Below, piece after piece: positions 55,000 through 64,000 of a stretch of 64,000 nucleotides of DNA. The position numbers were made by a program, and so were the translations under genes. The first letter of the stretch is position 1, and each line of letters starts with the position of its first letter. The stretch covers positions 2,959,549-3,023,548 of the forward strand of contig OZ244623.1 in NCBI GenBank assembly GCA_965218465.1, in the 5' to 3' direction. The notes beneath the pieces were generated by a model. That model saw only the letters and a program-made list of their open reading frames with translations, made no database searches and was not told where the DNA came from. This DNA is from Acidobacteriota bacterium (GTDB lineage: Bacteria > Acidobacteriota > UBA6911 > RPQK01 > G965218465).

Positions 55000-56301
55000 A
55001 TGAGTTTTCCTCAAACTTTCACCTGCAAACAGCGTTTTCCTCGCCCTCGCCTCGACTCAATTGAAGCCGAGGTGCAACGGTTGGGCCACAAGCACCGTTC
55101 GGAATTACCCGACTGGACGGGGAAAAAGGTGAGTGTGGCAGTTGGGAGTCGTGGAATTGCCAACTTGGCCCAAATCGTCAAGGCGGTGGTCAAGCTTTTG
55201 CTTGACTTGGGGTCCCAGCCTCAGTTGGTGCCGGCCATGGGGAGCCATGGAGGAGGTACGGCCACGGGCCAAGCTGGAGTTCTTGCCCAGTATGGTGTCA
55301 CGGCCGAGACGATGGGCGTGCCGCTGCGGGCGACAATGGAGACGGTGGGTGTGGGTGAAACTCTGGAAGGGGTGCCGGTTGAGATCGACCGGGAAGCATT
55401 TGAGTCGGACGGAATCGTCGTCATCAATCGGGTCAAGCCCCATACCGACTTCAGCGGTGAAGTCGAAAGTGGGATGCTCAAAATGATGGCGGTCGGTTTG
55501 GGAAACCGGCAGGGGGCCGACAGCTTCCACAGCTTTACTTTAAGCTATCCTTACGACCAGCTGATTCTCTCCAAGGCTCGTGTTCTATTGTCCACCGCTA
55601 AAGTCGGCTTTGGTTTGGGAATCATCGAGAACGCCTATCACGAGACAGCCCGATTGGAGTTGCTGCCTGCGGGGAGATTGGTCGACGGCGAGAAGGCCTT
55701 GCTGGTGGAGGCGCGCCGGCTGATGCCCTCGCTCCCGGTCGAGAGTTTGGATATTCTGGTCATCGATCGTATCGGTAAAGATATCAGTGGTGCCGGTCTG
55801 GATCCCAACGTTACCGGACGCCGGTTTCTTAACCATTCCCGCTGGCAGGATAAGCCCGACATACACCGCATAGTGGTGCTGGGATTGAGCGAAAAGACCC
55901 AGGGCAACGCCATTGGAATCGGTTTGGCTGATTTTACGACTGAGCGGCTGGTGCACGCGATCGATCGATCGGCCACTTATCTCAATCTGATCACTTCCCG
56001 GAATATCGTGGCCGGCAATATACCGCCCTATTTCGACTCGGACCAAAGTACCCTCAAGCAAGCGATGGCGTCTTTGGCCAGTGGGATAGGAGCCCAAGAG
56101 GTTCGCCTTATGCGAATTAGGGACACTTTGAATCTTGGCCAACTAGAGGCCTCCTGGGCGCTTCGCGAGGAACTCCAAAACCACTCCCGAATCGAAGAAT
56201 TCAGTCCATTGCAATCCATGCGCTTTGGGGCCGGCGGTGAATGGTTGCCTTCGTGGGAACGAAGTCGGAAGAGCCCAATTCAGAATGGCGCTACGGCTTG
56301 A
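55000..56301 (+). CDS. LarA-like (lactate racemase N-terminal domain / DUF2088 family) protein - putative nickel-pincer-cofactor hydroxy-acid racemase/epimerase homolog
   Basis: VVINRVKPHTDFSGEVESGMLKMMAVGLGNRQGADSFH resembles the LarA core (I..G.RPH...GFSGG.K...PG........H). AMGSHGG region ~ LarA ALGTHR. Remote similarity judged by eye. Confidence 0.45.
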   Translation: MSFPQTFTCKQRFPRPRLDSIEAEVQRLGHKHRSELPDWTGKKVSVAVGSRGIANLAQIVKAVVKLLLDLGSQPQLVPAMGSHGGGTATGQAGVLAQYGVTAETMGVPLRATMETVGVGETLEGVPVEIDREAFESDGIVVINRVKPHTDFSGEVESGMLKMMAVGLGNRQGADSFHSFTLSYPYDQLILSKARVLLSTAKVGFGLGIIENAYHETARLELLPAGRLVDGEKALLVEARRLMPSLPVESLDILVIDRIGKDISGAGLDPNVTGRRFLNHSRWQDKPDIHRIVVLGLSEKTQGNAIGIGLADFTTERLVHAIDRSATYLNLITSRNIVAGNIPPYFDSDQSTLKQAMASLASGIGAQEVRLMRIRDTLNLGQLEASWALREELQNHSRIEEFSPLQSMRFGAGGEWLPSWERSRKSPIQNGATA

Positions 56302-56593
56302 GCGCAACACTCCCAGACAGCAACTTGAATCAACGGCTTTTTCTAACAAGCTGGAACCTGAATCTACTTCTATCCCCTCCATCTGGCGCCTTGGTGAGTG
56401 AATCGGGTTGTCTGGGAAAAGCCCGCCCCCTTTTCGTCCTCGGCCCCTGCGGTCTTGCTTAGACTTTTTTGACCATTCAAGGCTCCAAAAATACAATTCT
56501 TGCTTGGTTTTGGACGCGTCGGGAGACCCACTAGGCCGTCATTAAGGTTGATAGTCCGGCCGGTGCCAAGAACCTGAAGGAAAAGGGGGACAG

Positions 56594-57343
56594 ATGAGAC
56601 GACTGGAGAACCAGGTGGCGGTTGTCACCGGTGCCGGGCAGGGATTGGGGAAAGCGATAGCGCTGCGTCTGGCCCAGGAGGGCAGCCATGTGGCGGTAGT
56701 GGATATCGAGACGGTCCAGGCTGGCCATGTAGCCGACGAGATCGAGCAAGCAGGTCAACGCGCTGCTGTCTTCGACACCGACGTAACCGACTGGGATGAA
56801 GTTCGGAAACTGGCCGTTGCGGTCAACAACCAATTCGGCAAAGTTGACATTCTTGTTAACAACGTAGGCTGGCCAAACCAGGGTGCGGCCATTCAAGAAC
56901 AATCCAACGAAGTTTGGGAAAAGAGCCTCCGTACTTGTCTTACCAGCCAGTTTTATTGCTGCAAAGCGTTTCTGCCATTGATGCTGGACAAGGGTTATGG
57001 CCGCATTACCAATATTTCATCGATGGCTGGCAAGGAAGGTAACCCACATCTGGTCCCGTATTCGTCGGCCAAAGCCGGAGTTATCGGTCTCACCAAGGCG
57101 CTAGGAAAAGAGGTGGCTACCTCTGGGGTAGCAGTCAACTGCATTTGTCCGGCGGTAATCGAGACGGAGGGAGCCAAGTTAGTGGGCCCGGAAACTCAAA
57201 AAGTCCTGATTGGTAAGATCCCGATGGGTCGGATGGGGCAACCTCACGAAGTGGCGGCATTGGTGGCCTACCTCTCCAGTCCTGAATGTTCCTTTTCGAC
57301 CGGAGCTGTCTATGATATCTCGGGAGGACGCGCCACCTACTGA
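56594..57343 (+). CDS. SDR oxidoreductase (FabG-like 3-oxoacyl reductase family)
   Basis: VAVVTGAGQGLGKAIA. NNVG, S..YSSAK catalytic tetrad. Confidence 0.85.
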   Translation: MRRLENQVAVVTGAGQGLGKAIALRLAQEGSHVAVVDIETVQAGHVADEIEQAGQRAAVFDTDVTDWDEVRKLAVAVNNQFGKVDILVNNVGWPNQGAAIQEQSNEVWEKSLRTCLTSQFYCCKAFLPLMLDKGYGRITNISSMAGKEGNPHLVPYSSAKAGVIGLTKALGKEVATSGVAVNCICPAVIETEGAKLVGPETQKVLIGKIPMGRMGQPHEVAALVAYLSSPECSFSTGAVYDISGGRATY

Positions 57344-57648
57344 ACTTGCGTTGCACCAACGGGGAGACACAATAGTCGTGGCCAACGCACTGATTTGCGG
57401 GTACCCGCCAGTAGCTATTGCCGGCTGCGGGGAGAGATCGGCTACTCACGTCGCTGGCCGTAAGCCAACCGGCAATCCAATCCGTTTAAATACAAGAATT
57501 AGTACAAGCACTGCCCCTTGACGCCGAGCGGGGAGGCTCGGGGGATTGACTGATAGGTGGATGAGAGGAGCAAAGACTGGTTTGCCGCCGGAAACGGCTC
57601 AACGAGAATCTGGAAGACGGGTTGGGAGGTGGTGACTTGCGTGAGAAA

Positions 57649-57978
57649 GTGAGCCAGAAAACACCGTTACGAAGTAGCCAGTGGTTTGGTTTGACGGACC
57701 GCGACGGCTTCATTCACCGCAGCTGGATGAAGAACCAGGGGTTTCCTCACGACGTTTTCGAAGAGCGGCCTGTGATCGGCATCTGCAATACTTGGTCGGA
57801 GTTGACTCCTTGCAACCACCATTTTCGCAAGCTGGCTGAACATGTCAAACGTGGCGTCTGGCAGGCTGGCGGCTTTCCTTGGGAATTCCCTGAACACGTG
57901 CTGCAGGCCGATCGAGGAGTCGACCTCGATTTTCTGGTGGGCAAGAGCGGTACCCCCAGACTTCGGGAGTCACACTGA
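57649..57978 (+). pseudogene. N-terminal ~110-codon fragment of an IlvD/EDD-family (sugar-acid/dihydroxy-acid) dehydratase
   Basis: LRSSQWFGLTDRDGFIHRSWMKNQGFPHDVFEERPVIGICNTWSELTPCNHHFRKLAEHVKRGVWQAGGFPWEFP closely matches the N-terminus of arabinonate/xylonate dehydratases. Frame ends at 57978 and no continuation is recognisable downstream. Confidence 0.5.
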
Positions 57979-58123
57979 GACTACCCTTACGGACAAAGAG
58001 CATCCCGGTTTAGCCTTGAGCGTTCGATCTTTGCTCTTATTGTTGATTTTGCCGACGATGCCGCACGAATACCGGATTCGGTTTTGCTGCCGCTCCCGTC
58101 CAGTTGGAGACGGCGGGGCAACT

Positions 58124-58981
58124 TCAGGGTACTGTTATGCGAGTGCGTGACCAGCTTGGGGTCTGCACATGGATGAGATGACCGTAAACCTTTCCGAAAC
58201 GGACGTCAGCCTCGAATTTGATGGGAAAACGTTCCTGGCCGGATGAGTACCAGATCCGAAAATCGCCACCTCCTTTGAAAATACCCTCCTGGGTGGACAC
58301 TCGGTAGGTCTGGTACCGGCCCAAGGGGACGGTAAGCTGCTCTTTTTCCCCAACAACAATGTCAACTTCCTTGACCCGACCCGTATCGCTGAGATGAATT
58401 CGGTATTGATCGCCCTTTCGCAGCTGTCGCAGGCGGGTGACGTAGAAAACCGAAAGCGTGTCGACCACCGGTTGACTCAGGCCAGGGAGGGCCTGCTTGT
58501 GCAGCCGGCGGGGTGGATTGACCGAGACGTCTTTTTCCTCCACCAGAGCTTTGCCGCTACGGTAGTCGAAAAGCACTTCCAAGTCGCGCTTTTTCTGGTT
58601 TCGGCGGATTTGATGGAGAAACCGAAGCGAGCGAAAGTTGTTACCGTCGATCATGGATTCGAAATAGTCTTGGATGTCGAACCCAGTGACCGACTTGAGT
58701 GCTCCTTCACTCCTGAACCAGGCTGAAATCTTGAAGACTTTTTGGTTTTGAAAGTAAGTCTGGTTCAGTTCCAGCCGCAGTTCGCCGGCCTTGAAGGCAG
58801 GGATCAGAAATAGCGGCTTCCAGTTCACCTCGTAGCGAACTGACTCTCCAGGGACGAAAGGCAATCGAAGCGGCTGCAAGCTGGTTGCTAGAAGTGGCGG
58901 GGGAGCATCCTGGAAGGGTTGACTGATGGCCAAGGCCAACCCGCTCAGGCCCGCGCAGGTCAGCATCAAGGATCTCACCAT
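58124..58981 (-). CDS. DUF3108-like secreted protein
   Basis: Signal peptide MVRSLMLTCAGLSGLALA, then a beta-rich region (YEVNWKPLFLIPAFKAGELRLEL...YRIHLSDTGRVKEVDIVVGEKEQLTVPLGRYQTYRV). Commonly LPS-cluster associated. ATG at 58981. Confidence 0.55.
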   Translation of the reverse strand: MVRSLMLTCAGLSGLALAISQPFQDAPPPLLATSLQPLRLPFVPGESVRYEVNWKPLFLIPAFKAGELRLELNQTYFQNQKVFKISAWFRSEGALKSVTGFDIQDYFESMIDGNNFRSLRFLHQIRRNQKKRDLEVLFDYRSGKALVEEKDVSVNPPRRLHKQALPGLSQPVVDTLSVFYVTRLRQLRKGDQYRIHLSDTGRVKEVDIVVGEKEQLTVPLGRYQTYRVSTQEGIFKGGGDFRIWYSSGQERFPIKFEADVRFGKVYGHLIHVQTPSWSRTRITVP

Positions 58982-59505
58982 CGCATCTTGGCTCCCACCA
59001 AGAGCGTGATGATCATCAATCCGAGCACTGCTTGGTACTCCCGGTTGCGAACCACTTGCACCCAGGAAAATCTGATCTTTTCTGAAGTCGGCCGATATCG
59101 GCAACCACGGGGCCAGAAGAGTGGAACCCGTTGCCGATATTCTGCAAAGGCTGCTCCGTACGCTTGTTCCAGTTCTTCTTCCTCCCGCTGCATGACTGGT
59201 CTGTAGATGATGATGAAGAGGACGAGGAAAACGATCATCAAAAAGGGACGTGTCCCTGCAAGCGTGAAACCTGTCCCGATCAGAAACGAACCCAAATAGA
59301 GTGGGTTGCGAGTCCATCGGTAGGGACCGTTGACCGCCAAGAAACGCCATTTCCGCAGATGTCCCGCAGCCCAAATGCGGAGTGCTGCTCCCAGCCAAGC
59401 CAAAGAGATTCCGGCTACGAACCAACCCGGTGAAGGCTGCGCCAAATAGAGATAAACCAAGCTGAAAAGGATGCCGACAGGCACTCGAATCCGCTGTAAG
59501 TTCAT
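58975..59505 (-). CDS. Isoprenylcysteine carboxyl methyltransferase (ICMT)/phospholipid methyltransferase-family membrane protein
   Basis: LAVNGPYRWTRNPLYLGSFLIGTG is the ICMT/PEMT signature. Multiple TM helices. Confidence 0.7.
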   Translation of the reverse strand: MNLQRIRVPVGILFSLVYLYLAQPSPGWFVAGISLAWLGAALRIWAAGHLRKWRFLAVNGPYRWTRNPLYLGSFLIGTGFTLAGTRPFLMIVFLVLFIIIYRPVMQREEEELEQAYGAAFAEYRQRVPLFWPRGCRYRPTSEKIRFSWVQVVRNREYQAVLGLMIITLLVGAKMRW

Positions 59506-60566
59506 GACCCTGGCAGGACCGTCAGTGGGGTTTCCAGCTCGAGCCGCTGCCGTACAGTGCTCACCACCTTTGCCACTGGAATGTCCATGCAGATGAAACG
59601 GTCACAGGTCCGTTTATAGGAATTCGAGCAGGGCAGGTCACGCTTGACAACGCGGTCACGGGGATTGAAAGGGCCATTACGAGTCGGGCAGGTAGGACCC
59701 AAAATGGCGACTGTTGGAGTCCCCAATGCCACCGCCAAGTGAAGCGGACCCGAATCGCCCCCAATTAACAGCCGGGAGCGCTGACAAAGATAAGCCAACT
59801 GGAGGATGGTGGTCGGAAAAGTTACCAGCGGTTGGGGCGCCAGATGGGCAGCAACCTTTTTTAAAATCGGTTCTTCGCCCGGGCCGTAGACAAAGAGCGG
59901 GTCAAGGCCCCTTCCCCGCAGCCAGCTCGCCAACCGGGCGTAGTGGGACGCCGGCCAAATCTTGGTGACCCAACCGGCGGCCGGGTGGATGAGTACCGGA
60001 GCCTGGTCCAATTCCTCCAGATGATGGTCGACATGGTCGCGGTCGCGATCGGAAATCTCCAACGTCAAGCGGCCGTCGACGGGAGCCAGCGGCGTCACGC
60101 GCGCGGCTAGCTCAAGATTCTTCTCAATCACGTGCCGACTCAGGTCCGACTCGCCCGGATGTGATTCATGGTAAAACCATCCAATCCCTTTCTCCTTGAA
60201 TCTTTCGGGCCGATAGCCCAGCACTCTTCTAGCACCTGAGAGGCGGCTGAGAAGCGCGGACTTGAGCAATCCCTGGAAGTCGAGAGCCAGTGTGAAGCGT
60301 TGTCTTCGTAAACTGCCAAGCAAGTCCACCAACTCGACTATCCGGTGGGGGTGTTGCCGCCAAACTCGAGTGTTGATGGACCAAACTCGATCTACTCCCC
60401 GCACTGCGCTCAAAAAGGGGACATAGGCCGATTCGGCCAGCCAGTGCAGTCGGACTCTCCCCAGCGTGCGGCGAAGCTGTAGAGCCGCCGGAAGCGAGTG
60501 AAGGATGTCGCCAAGCGCGCCCATCCGTACCGCTAGAATCTGCTGTTGCCGTTCAGAGTCAACCAT
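59502..60566 (-). CDS. Glycosyltransferase family 9 (ADP-heptose:LPS heptosyltransferase)
   Basis: ILAVRMGALGDILHSLPA (N-terminal GT9 motif). ...LIGGDSGPLHLAVALGTPTVAILGPT. Confidence 0.8.
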   Translation of the reverse strand: MVDSERQQQILAVRMGALGDILHSLPAALQLRRTLGRVRLHWLAESAYVPFLSAVRGVDRVWSINTRVWRQHPHRIVELVDLLGSLRRQRFTLALDFQGLLKSALLSRLSGARRVLGYRPERFKEKGIGWFYHESHPGESDLSRHVIEKNLELAARVTPLAPVDGRLTLEISDRDRDHVDHHLEELDQAPVLIHPAAGWVTKIWPASHYARLASWLRGRGLDPLFVYGPGEEPILKKVAAHLAPQPLVTFPTTILQLAYLCQRSRLLIGGDSGPLHLAVALGTPTVAILGPTCPTRNGPFNPRDRVVKRDLPCSNSYKRTCDRFICMDIPVAKVVSTVRQRLELETPLTVLPGS

Positions 60567-60615
60567 CGTGTCTTCGTTGTCGCCTAGCATACCTCAGCAG
60601 CCATTCAGGCCTTGC

Positions 60616-61101
60616 TTAGGAAAGCTCTTCGTCGCGGATTTTCCGCAGCAAATCACGGGTCGAGTGGTCTTTGGGATCTCCCACGATGGCTATTCTTCCT
60701 CCTGTTGAGCGGACCGTCTCTCGCTCGGGAACCGTTCGTGCGGTGTAATCGGTCCCCTTAGCGTGCACATCGGGGCGGAGTTGACGCAGCAGATGGTCGA
60801 CGGTGAGGTCATTAAAGATCACCAAATGATCGATACAACTCAAGGCGCTCAAGATCTCGGCCCGCTCGTGCTGGGGCGTCAGTGGTCGTCCGGGGCCTTT
60901 GAGTCGGCGAACGGCGCGGTCGCTGTTGATTCCCACCACCAGAACGTCACCCTCGTGCCGCGCTCCTTCGAGGTAACGGATGTGTCCCACGTGAAGGAGA
61001 TCGAAGCAACCGTTGGCCAGCACTACCGACTTTCCCGCCCTACGATGCTCCTGGACAAGAGAGACCAATTGCGCCACTGATTTCAGTAGTTTGCTGGGCA
61101 T
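60616..61101 (-). CDS. D-glycero-beta-D-manno-heptose 1-phosphate adenylyltransferase (RfaE domain II / HldC)
   Basis: [23 protein letters not shown] (cytidylyltransferase HxGH). Confidence 0.85.
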   Translation of the reverse strand: MPSKLLKSVAQLVSLVQEHRRAGKSVVLANGCFDLLHVGHIRYLEGARHEGDVLVVGINSDRAVRRLKGPGRPLTPQHERAEILSALSCIDHLVIFNDLTVDHLLRQLRPDVHAKGTDYTARTVPERETVRSTGGRIAIVGDPKDHSTRDLLRKIRDEELS

Positions 61102-61162
61102 GGTCTTGACGAAATTGGCGGCCGGTCGGCGACTGGAAGACCGCTGGCCGGAACCGCAACGA

Positions 61163-62233
61163 TCACAGCGAATGTTTTACAGGCACGTCGACTTTTCGTA
61201 AACGTAAATCGTTTGAGTCCAACTCGAATCGGTCCAGCGCCTGACGCAGTTCGGTTGCCGAAACGGTAGCAGTGCCTCGTTTAGTCACTACGATTCCGGC
61301 CGCGCAATTAGCCAACAAAGCGGCTTGGCAAAAATCGGCACCGGCAGCCAGCGCGGTTGTCAGAGTGCTGGTGACCGTATCTCCGGCGCCGGTAACGTCG
61401 GTCACTTGATCACTACCGTAGATCGGAATGTGGCGGGCGCCTTCCTCGGTAAAGAGCGTCATTCCCAGTTTTCCCCGAGTAATCAGAAGTGCCTCCAGAT
61501 CCCATTGAGAGCGCAAACTGAGTCCCGTTCTTAGCAGAAGCTGGGTATCGTTTCCCATTCGTAGACCAGTAGCGTGTTCCACTTCGGTGATGTTGGGAGT
61601 GATCGCAGTGGCGCCGCCAAAGCCTCCAGGGTCGAAACGAGAATCCACCACCACGGGCAAGCCGTGGGCGCGGGCTACCTCTAGGGCTACCCGCCGCACC
61701 TCTGAAGTAGTTGTACCCAGGCTGTAATCTGAGATGACCAATGCATCCACCTGGGGTAGCAGTCTCCTCAGAACCTCTTTCAATTGTTGCTGCTGCTGGC
61801 GAGTCAGTTGCAAAGGATGTTCATGGTCAATCCGGACCACTTGCTGACGGAAAGAGTGGGAAGATCCGGCCAGGATCCGTTTCTTGAGTGTGGTGTGCAG
61901 ACCGGACTCCCGAATCAGATGGGCCGGATCGACTCGATCGGGCCACAGTTCCAACAATTTTTGGGCCCCATCATCCTCCCCCAGATAACCCACCGGATAG
62001 GTCAGGGCTCCTAGAGCTGCGACACCAGCCACGGTATTGGCTCCACCTCCAGGTTTCGATTCGGTCTCGCGATAAGAGAGGATTAGGACCGGGGCTTCCC
62101 GGGAAACTCTGGAGATTTCGCCAAAGAGAAATTGGTCAAGCAGGAAATCCCCCAGGATTGCCAGCCGGCAGCGGGAAAAACGGTCCACGATCTTAAGCAG
62201 TTCTCGTTTCAAGGTTGCTGCTCCAAGGCCCAT
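61163..62233 (-). CDS. D-glycero-beta-D-manno-heptose 7-phosphate kinase (RfaE domain I / HldA, PfkB family)
   Basis: [21 protein letters not shown]...GGGANTV...DVTGAGDTV (PfkB motifs). Confidence 0.85.
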   Translation of the reverse strand: MGLGAATLKRELLKIVDRFSRCRLAILGDFLLDQFLFGEISRVSREAPVLILSYRETESKPGGGANTVAGVAALGALTYPVGYLGEDDGAQKLLELWPDRVDPAHLIRESGLHTTLKKRILAGSSHSFRQQVVRIDHEHPLQLTRQQQQQLKEVLRRLLPQVDALVISDYSLGTTTSEVRRVALEVARAHGLPVVVDSRFDPGGFGGATAITPNITEVEHATGLRMGNDTQLLLRTGLSLRSQWDLEALLITRGKLGMTLFTEEGARHIPIYGSDQVTDVTGAGDTVTSTLTTALAAGADFCQAALLANCAAGIVVTKRGTATVSATELRQALDRFELDSNDLRLRKVDVPVKHSL

Positions 62234-62820
62234 TCCACTGCCTCCAAGAGGTGGCGCGCTCGATGGTCGGGACTACAGTCTTCGTCGGCACCTTCACAAG
62301 GCCCTGCTTGCAAAAGGATAGTCTGGCACCCTGCCCGTTTTCCGGCCTCGATATCACGCCCATTGTCGCCGATCATGATACTGTTCCCCAGGTCCAGATT
62401 GAGTTCCTTGGCGGCCTGTAGGAGTAACCCGGGAGCGGGCTTGCGGCAACTGCACCGGCTCTTATAGGCGACCACGGTAGCTTCGGGGTGGTGAGGGCAA
62501 TAGTAAAACGCTTCCAACAAGGCCCCTTTCAGACGAAACTCTCCCCGTAATCTTCGGTGAATCTGTTGCAATTGAGATTCGGCCAGCCAACCTCTTGCCA
62601 CTACTGACTGATTGGTAGCCACTATGGCGGGCAAACGCTGCTGATTGAGCCGGCGAACGGCTTCGATCGCGTTGGGCAGAATTTCCACCTCTTTCCAGTG
62701 ACGCAAGTAGGACACCTCCTTGATCAAAGTCCCATCCCGATCAAGAAAAACTGCCGGTCGAGGCCCCGTGGAGTCGATCGGGAACAAGGCGGAATCAAGA
62801 AAGGAGGTGTCATTTGGCAT
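62209..62820 (-). CDS. gmhB: D,D-heptose 1,7-bisphosphate phosphatase (HAD family)
   Basis: AVFLDRDGTL (HAD motif I). ...VATNQSV...GDNGRDIEAG. Confidence 0.8.
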   Translation of the reverse strand: MPNDTSFLDSALFPIDSTGPRPAVFLDRDGTLIKEVSYLRHWKEVEILPNAIEAVRRLNQQRLPAIVATNQSVVARGWLAESQLQQIHRRLRGEFRLKGALLEAFYYCPHHPEATVVAYKSRCSCRKPAPGLLLQAAKELNLDLGNSIMIGDNGRDIEAGKRAGCQTILLQAGPCEGADEDCSPDHRARHLLEAVEWALEQQP

Positions 62821-62883
62821 TTTCTTGCCGCCTCGATGGTGCGGAGCTGTGCAGTGGATTCTGGCAGAGAGAGTTGTGAGGCT

Positions 62884-63972
62884 TCAAGTTCTAAAGGAGT
62901 CACCACGACGGGAACCCGCCAACAATTGCAGGGCTCGATCGGTAACTTCATCCACTCCTATCGAATCGAAACAACGAAGATCGATGGGACATTCGCGGAG
63001 CAAACAAGGGCTGCAAGCCACGTGTTTGTGAATGACATGGGCGTCCGTATCAAAAGGCGCTGTGGCGCGATCGTCGGTGGATCCGAACAGCGCGACTTGG
63101 GGAAGACCCAGCGCCGCCGCCAAGTGCATTGGGCCGGAATCGTTGGTGATAAGCAACGCGGATTGGCTGAGTACTCCCATCAACGTCGGTAGATCGGTGT
63201 GTCCCACCAAAATGATGGGGTTGTGGCGCATTCCTGCAGCAATTTGTTGTGCCGTGAGCCGTTCGCCGGCGGAACCGATGATAGCAACGTCGACGCCCCG
63301 ACACGTGATCAGGTTGTCGGCCACCTGGGCAAAGCGCTCGTTGAACCAGCATTTGGCTGGACCAAAGGTAGCGCCGGCATGGATCGTCACCAGCGGATGT
63401 CCCCGCTTAGCCCCTTTTTCGAGCAGAAGACGGCTGGCCTGCTCCCTGCCCAGCCGAGGAGCCTTAAGGCGGATGTTTGGGTGAAAGTTGTCGTCGTCCA
63501 GATAGTTGAGTTCGGATAGGCCGCAGAGATAGAGAAGATCAAGATAGTGAAAGACCTGATGATGGCCTAGCTCCACGGCCCGTGGCCGAAATCGCCTGGT
63601 GAGTAGCGGGCTTCGTCCGTCGCCACGAAAACCCCATCGTTCAGGAATGCGAGCTGAGAACGCTTCCAGCGCAGGGCCCAGAGCGTTCGGGAACAGCAAA
63701 GCCAAGTCGAATTGTGGCAGGCGGGACGCGATCCACGTGAGCCGCCGCCAGCTGCTCAGCCGGCTGGGGAATTCTATCAGCTCGTCAACCAGTCCCTGCT
63801 CACGGAACAAACCGGCCACCCAGTCGCGTGCCAAAAGGGTGAGGTGGTTATCTGGGCAGAGTCGTCGCAGTTCGCGCAGAGCTGCGACAGACATCACGGC
63901 ATCTCCGATCCAGTTGGTGCTACGGATCAGAATTCGGGCTAAAGGCGGACGGTGGCAAGGGTGCCTTGACAT
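62884..63972 (-). CDS. Second GT9 heptosyltransferase
   Basis: ILIRSTNWIGDAVMSVAALREL. ...ITNDSGPMHLAAALGLPQVALFGST. Confidence 0.8.
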   Translation of the reverse strand: MSRHPCHRPPLARILIRSTNWIGDAVMSVAALRELRRLCPDNHLTLLARDWVAGLFREQGLVDELIEFPSRLSSWRRLTWIASRLPQFDLALLFPNALGPALEAFSARIPERWGFRGDGRSPLLTRRFRPRAVELGHHQVFHYLDLLYLCGLSELNYLDDDNFHPNIRLKAPRLGREQASRLLLEKGAKRGHPLVTIHAGATFGPAKCWFNERFAQVADNLITCRGVDVAIIGSAGERLTAQQIAAGMRHNPIILVGHTDLPTLMGVLSQSALLITNDSGPMHLAAALGLPQVALFGSTDDRATAPFDTDAHVIHKHVACSPCLLRECPIDLRCFDSIGVDEVTDRALQLLAGSRRGDSFRT

Positions 63973-64000
63973 CTTTGTGATTCGCGTTAGCCGTGTCTTG

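Noticed and set aside
57842-58150. 102-aa ORF downstream of the IlvD/EDD fragment, considered as a possible frameshifted continuation of the dehydratase
   Set aside because: Its translation shows none of the IlvD/EDD downstream motifs (no CDK..P or Fe-S ligand region). The dehydratase is treated as truncated.

Overview
High-GC bacterial chromosomal window. GWxTD-domain and ASPIC/UnbV FG-GAP proteins suggest an Acidobacteria-like lineage (inference). Housekeeping backbone, in order: a partial sCache_2 sensor gene at the left edge that the ORF track does not list; gltB-gltD glutamate synthase; cyclase, GNAT, aminotransferase, TrmJ-like, SDR, PduO-type cobalamin adenosyltransferase, ETF-beta/alpha plus acyl-CoA dehydrogenase, MutY, an esterase; branched-chain 2-oxoacid dehydrogenase E1alpha/E1beta/E2; a tesA / ybbA-ybbP-like unit; a LarA-like protein; and an ADP-heptose / LPS inner-core cluster (two GT9, split hldE, gmhB). 

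Between gltD (~7.1 kb) and ~24.2 kb lies a mosaic accessory region. Two diverged ~815-bp direct repeats (gltD 3' end + promoter + 5' end of a winged-helix gene) flank a 9.75-kb segment of apparently lower GC. That segment carries a tight five-gene operon of unknown membrane and secreted proteins. The operon ends in a 1394-aa protein with a signal peptide, a predicted C-terminally aromatic beta-barrel, a PKD-like module and seven Ig-like modules, four of them encoded by perfectly identical 246-bp tandem repeats. This is my candidate for a novel inverse-autotransporter-like surface system with dedicated accessory proteins. Two decayed IS (DDE transposase) remnants, a gltD pseudo-fragment, a GNAT gene interrupted by TAG, a 1122-aa CPBP-family membrane protease and an RHS/YD fragment complete the region. 

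Other notable items: a BCP-type peroxiredoxin whose catalytic Cys codon is an in-frame TGA (candidate selenoprotein), paired divergently with a glutaredoxin-like gene; an HPF (ribosome hibernation) domain fused in frame to an ECF-sigma-like domain; a DnaC/DnaI-like ATPase with two zinc ribbons translationally coupled to the PduO gene; and a LarA-like / SDR / truncated IlvD-EDD dehydratase locus. 

The ORF track uses TTG/GTG as 'M' in places, so several starts were moved to internal ATG codons with RBS support. No rRNA, tRNA or CRISPR was recognised.
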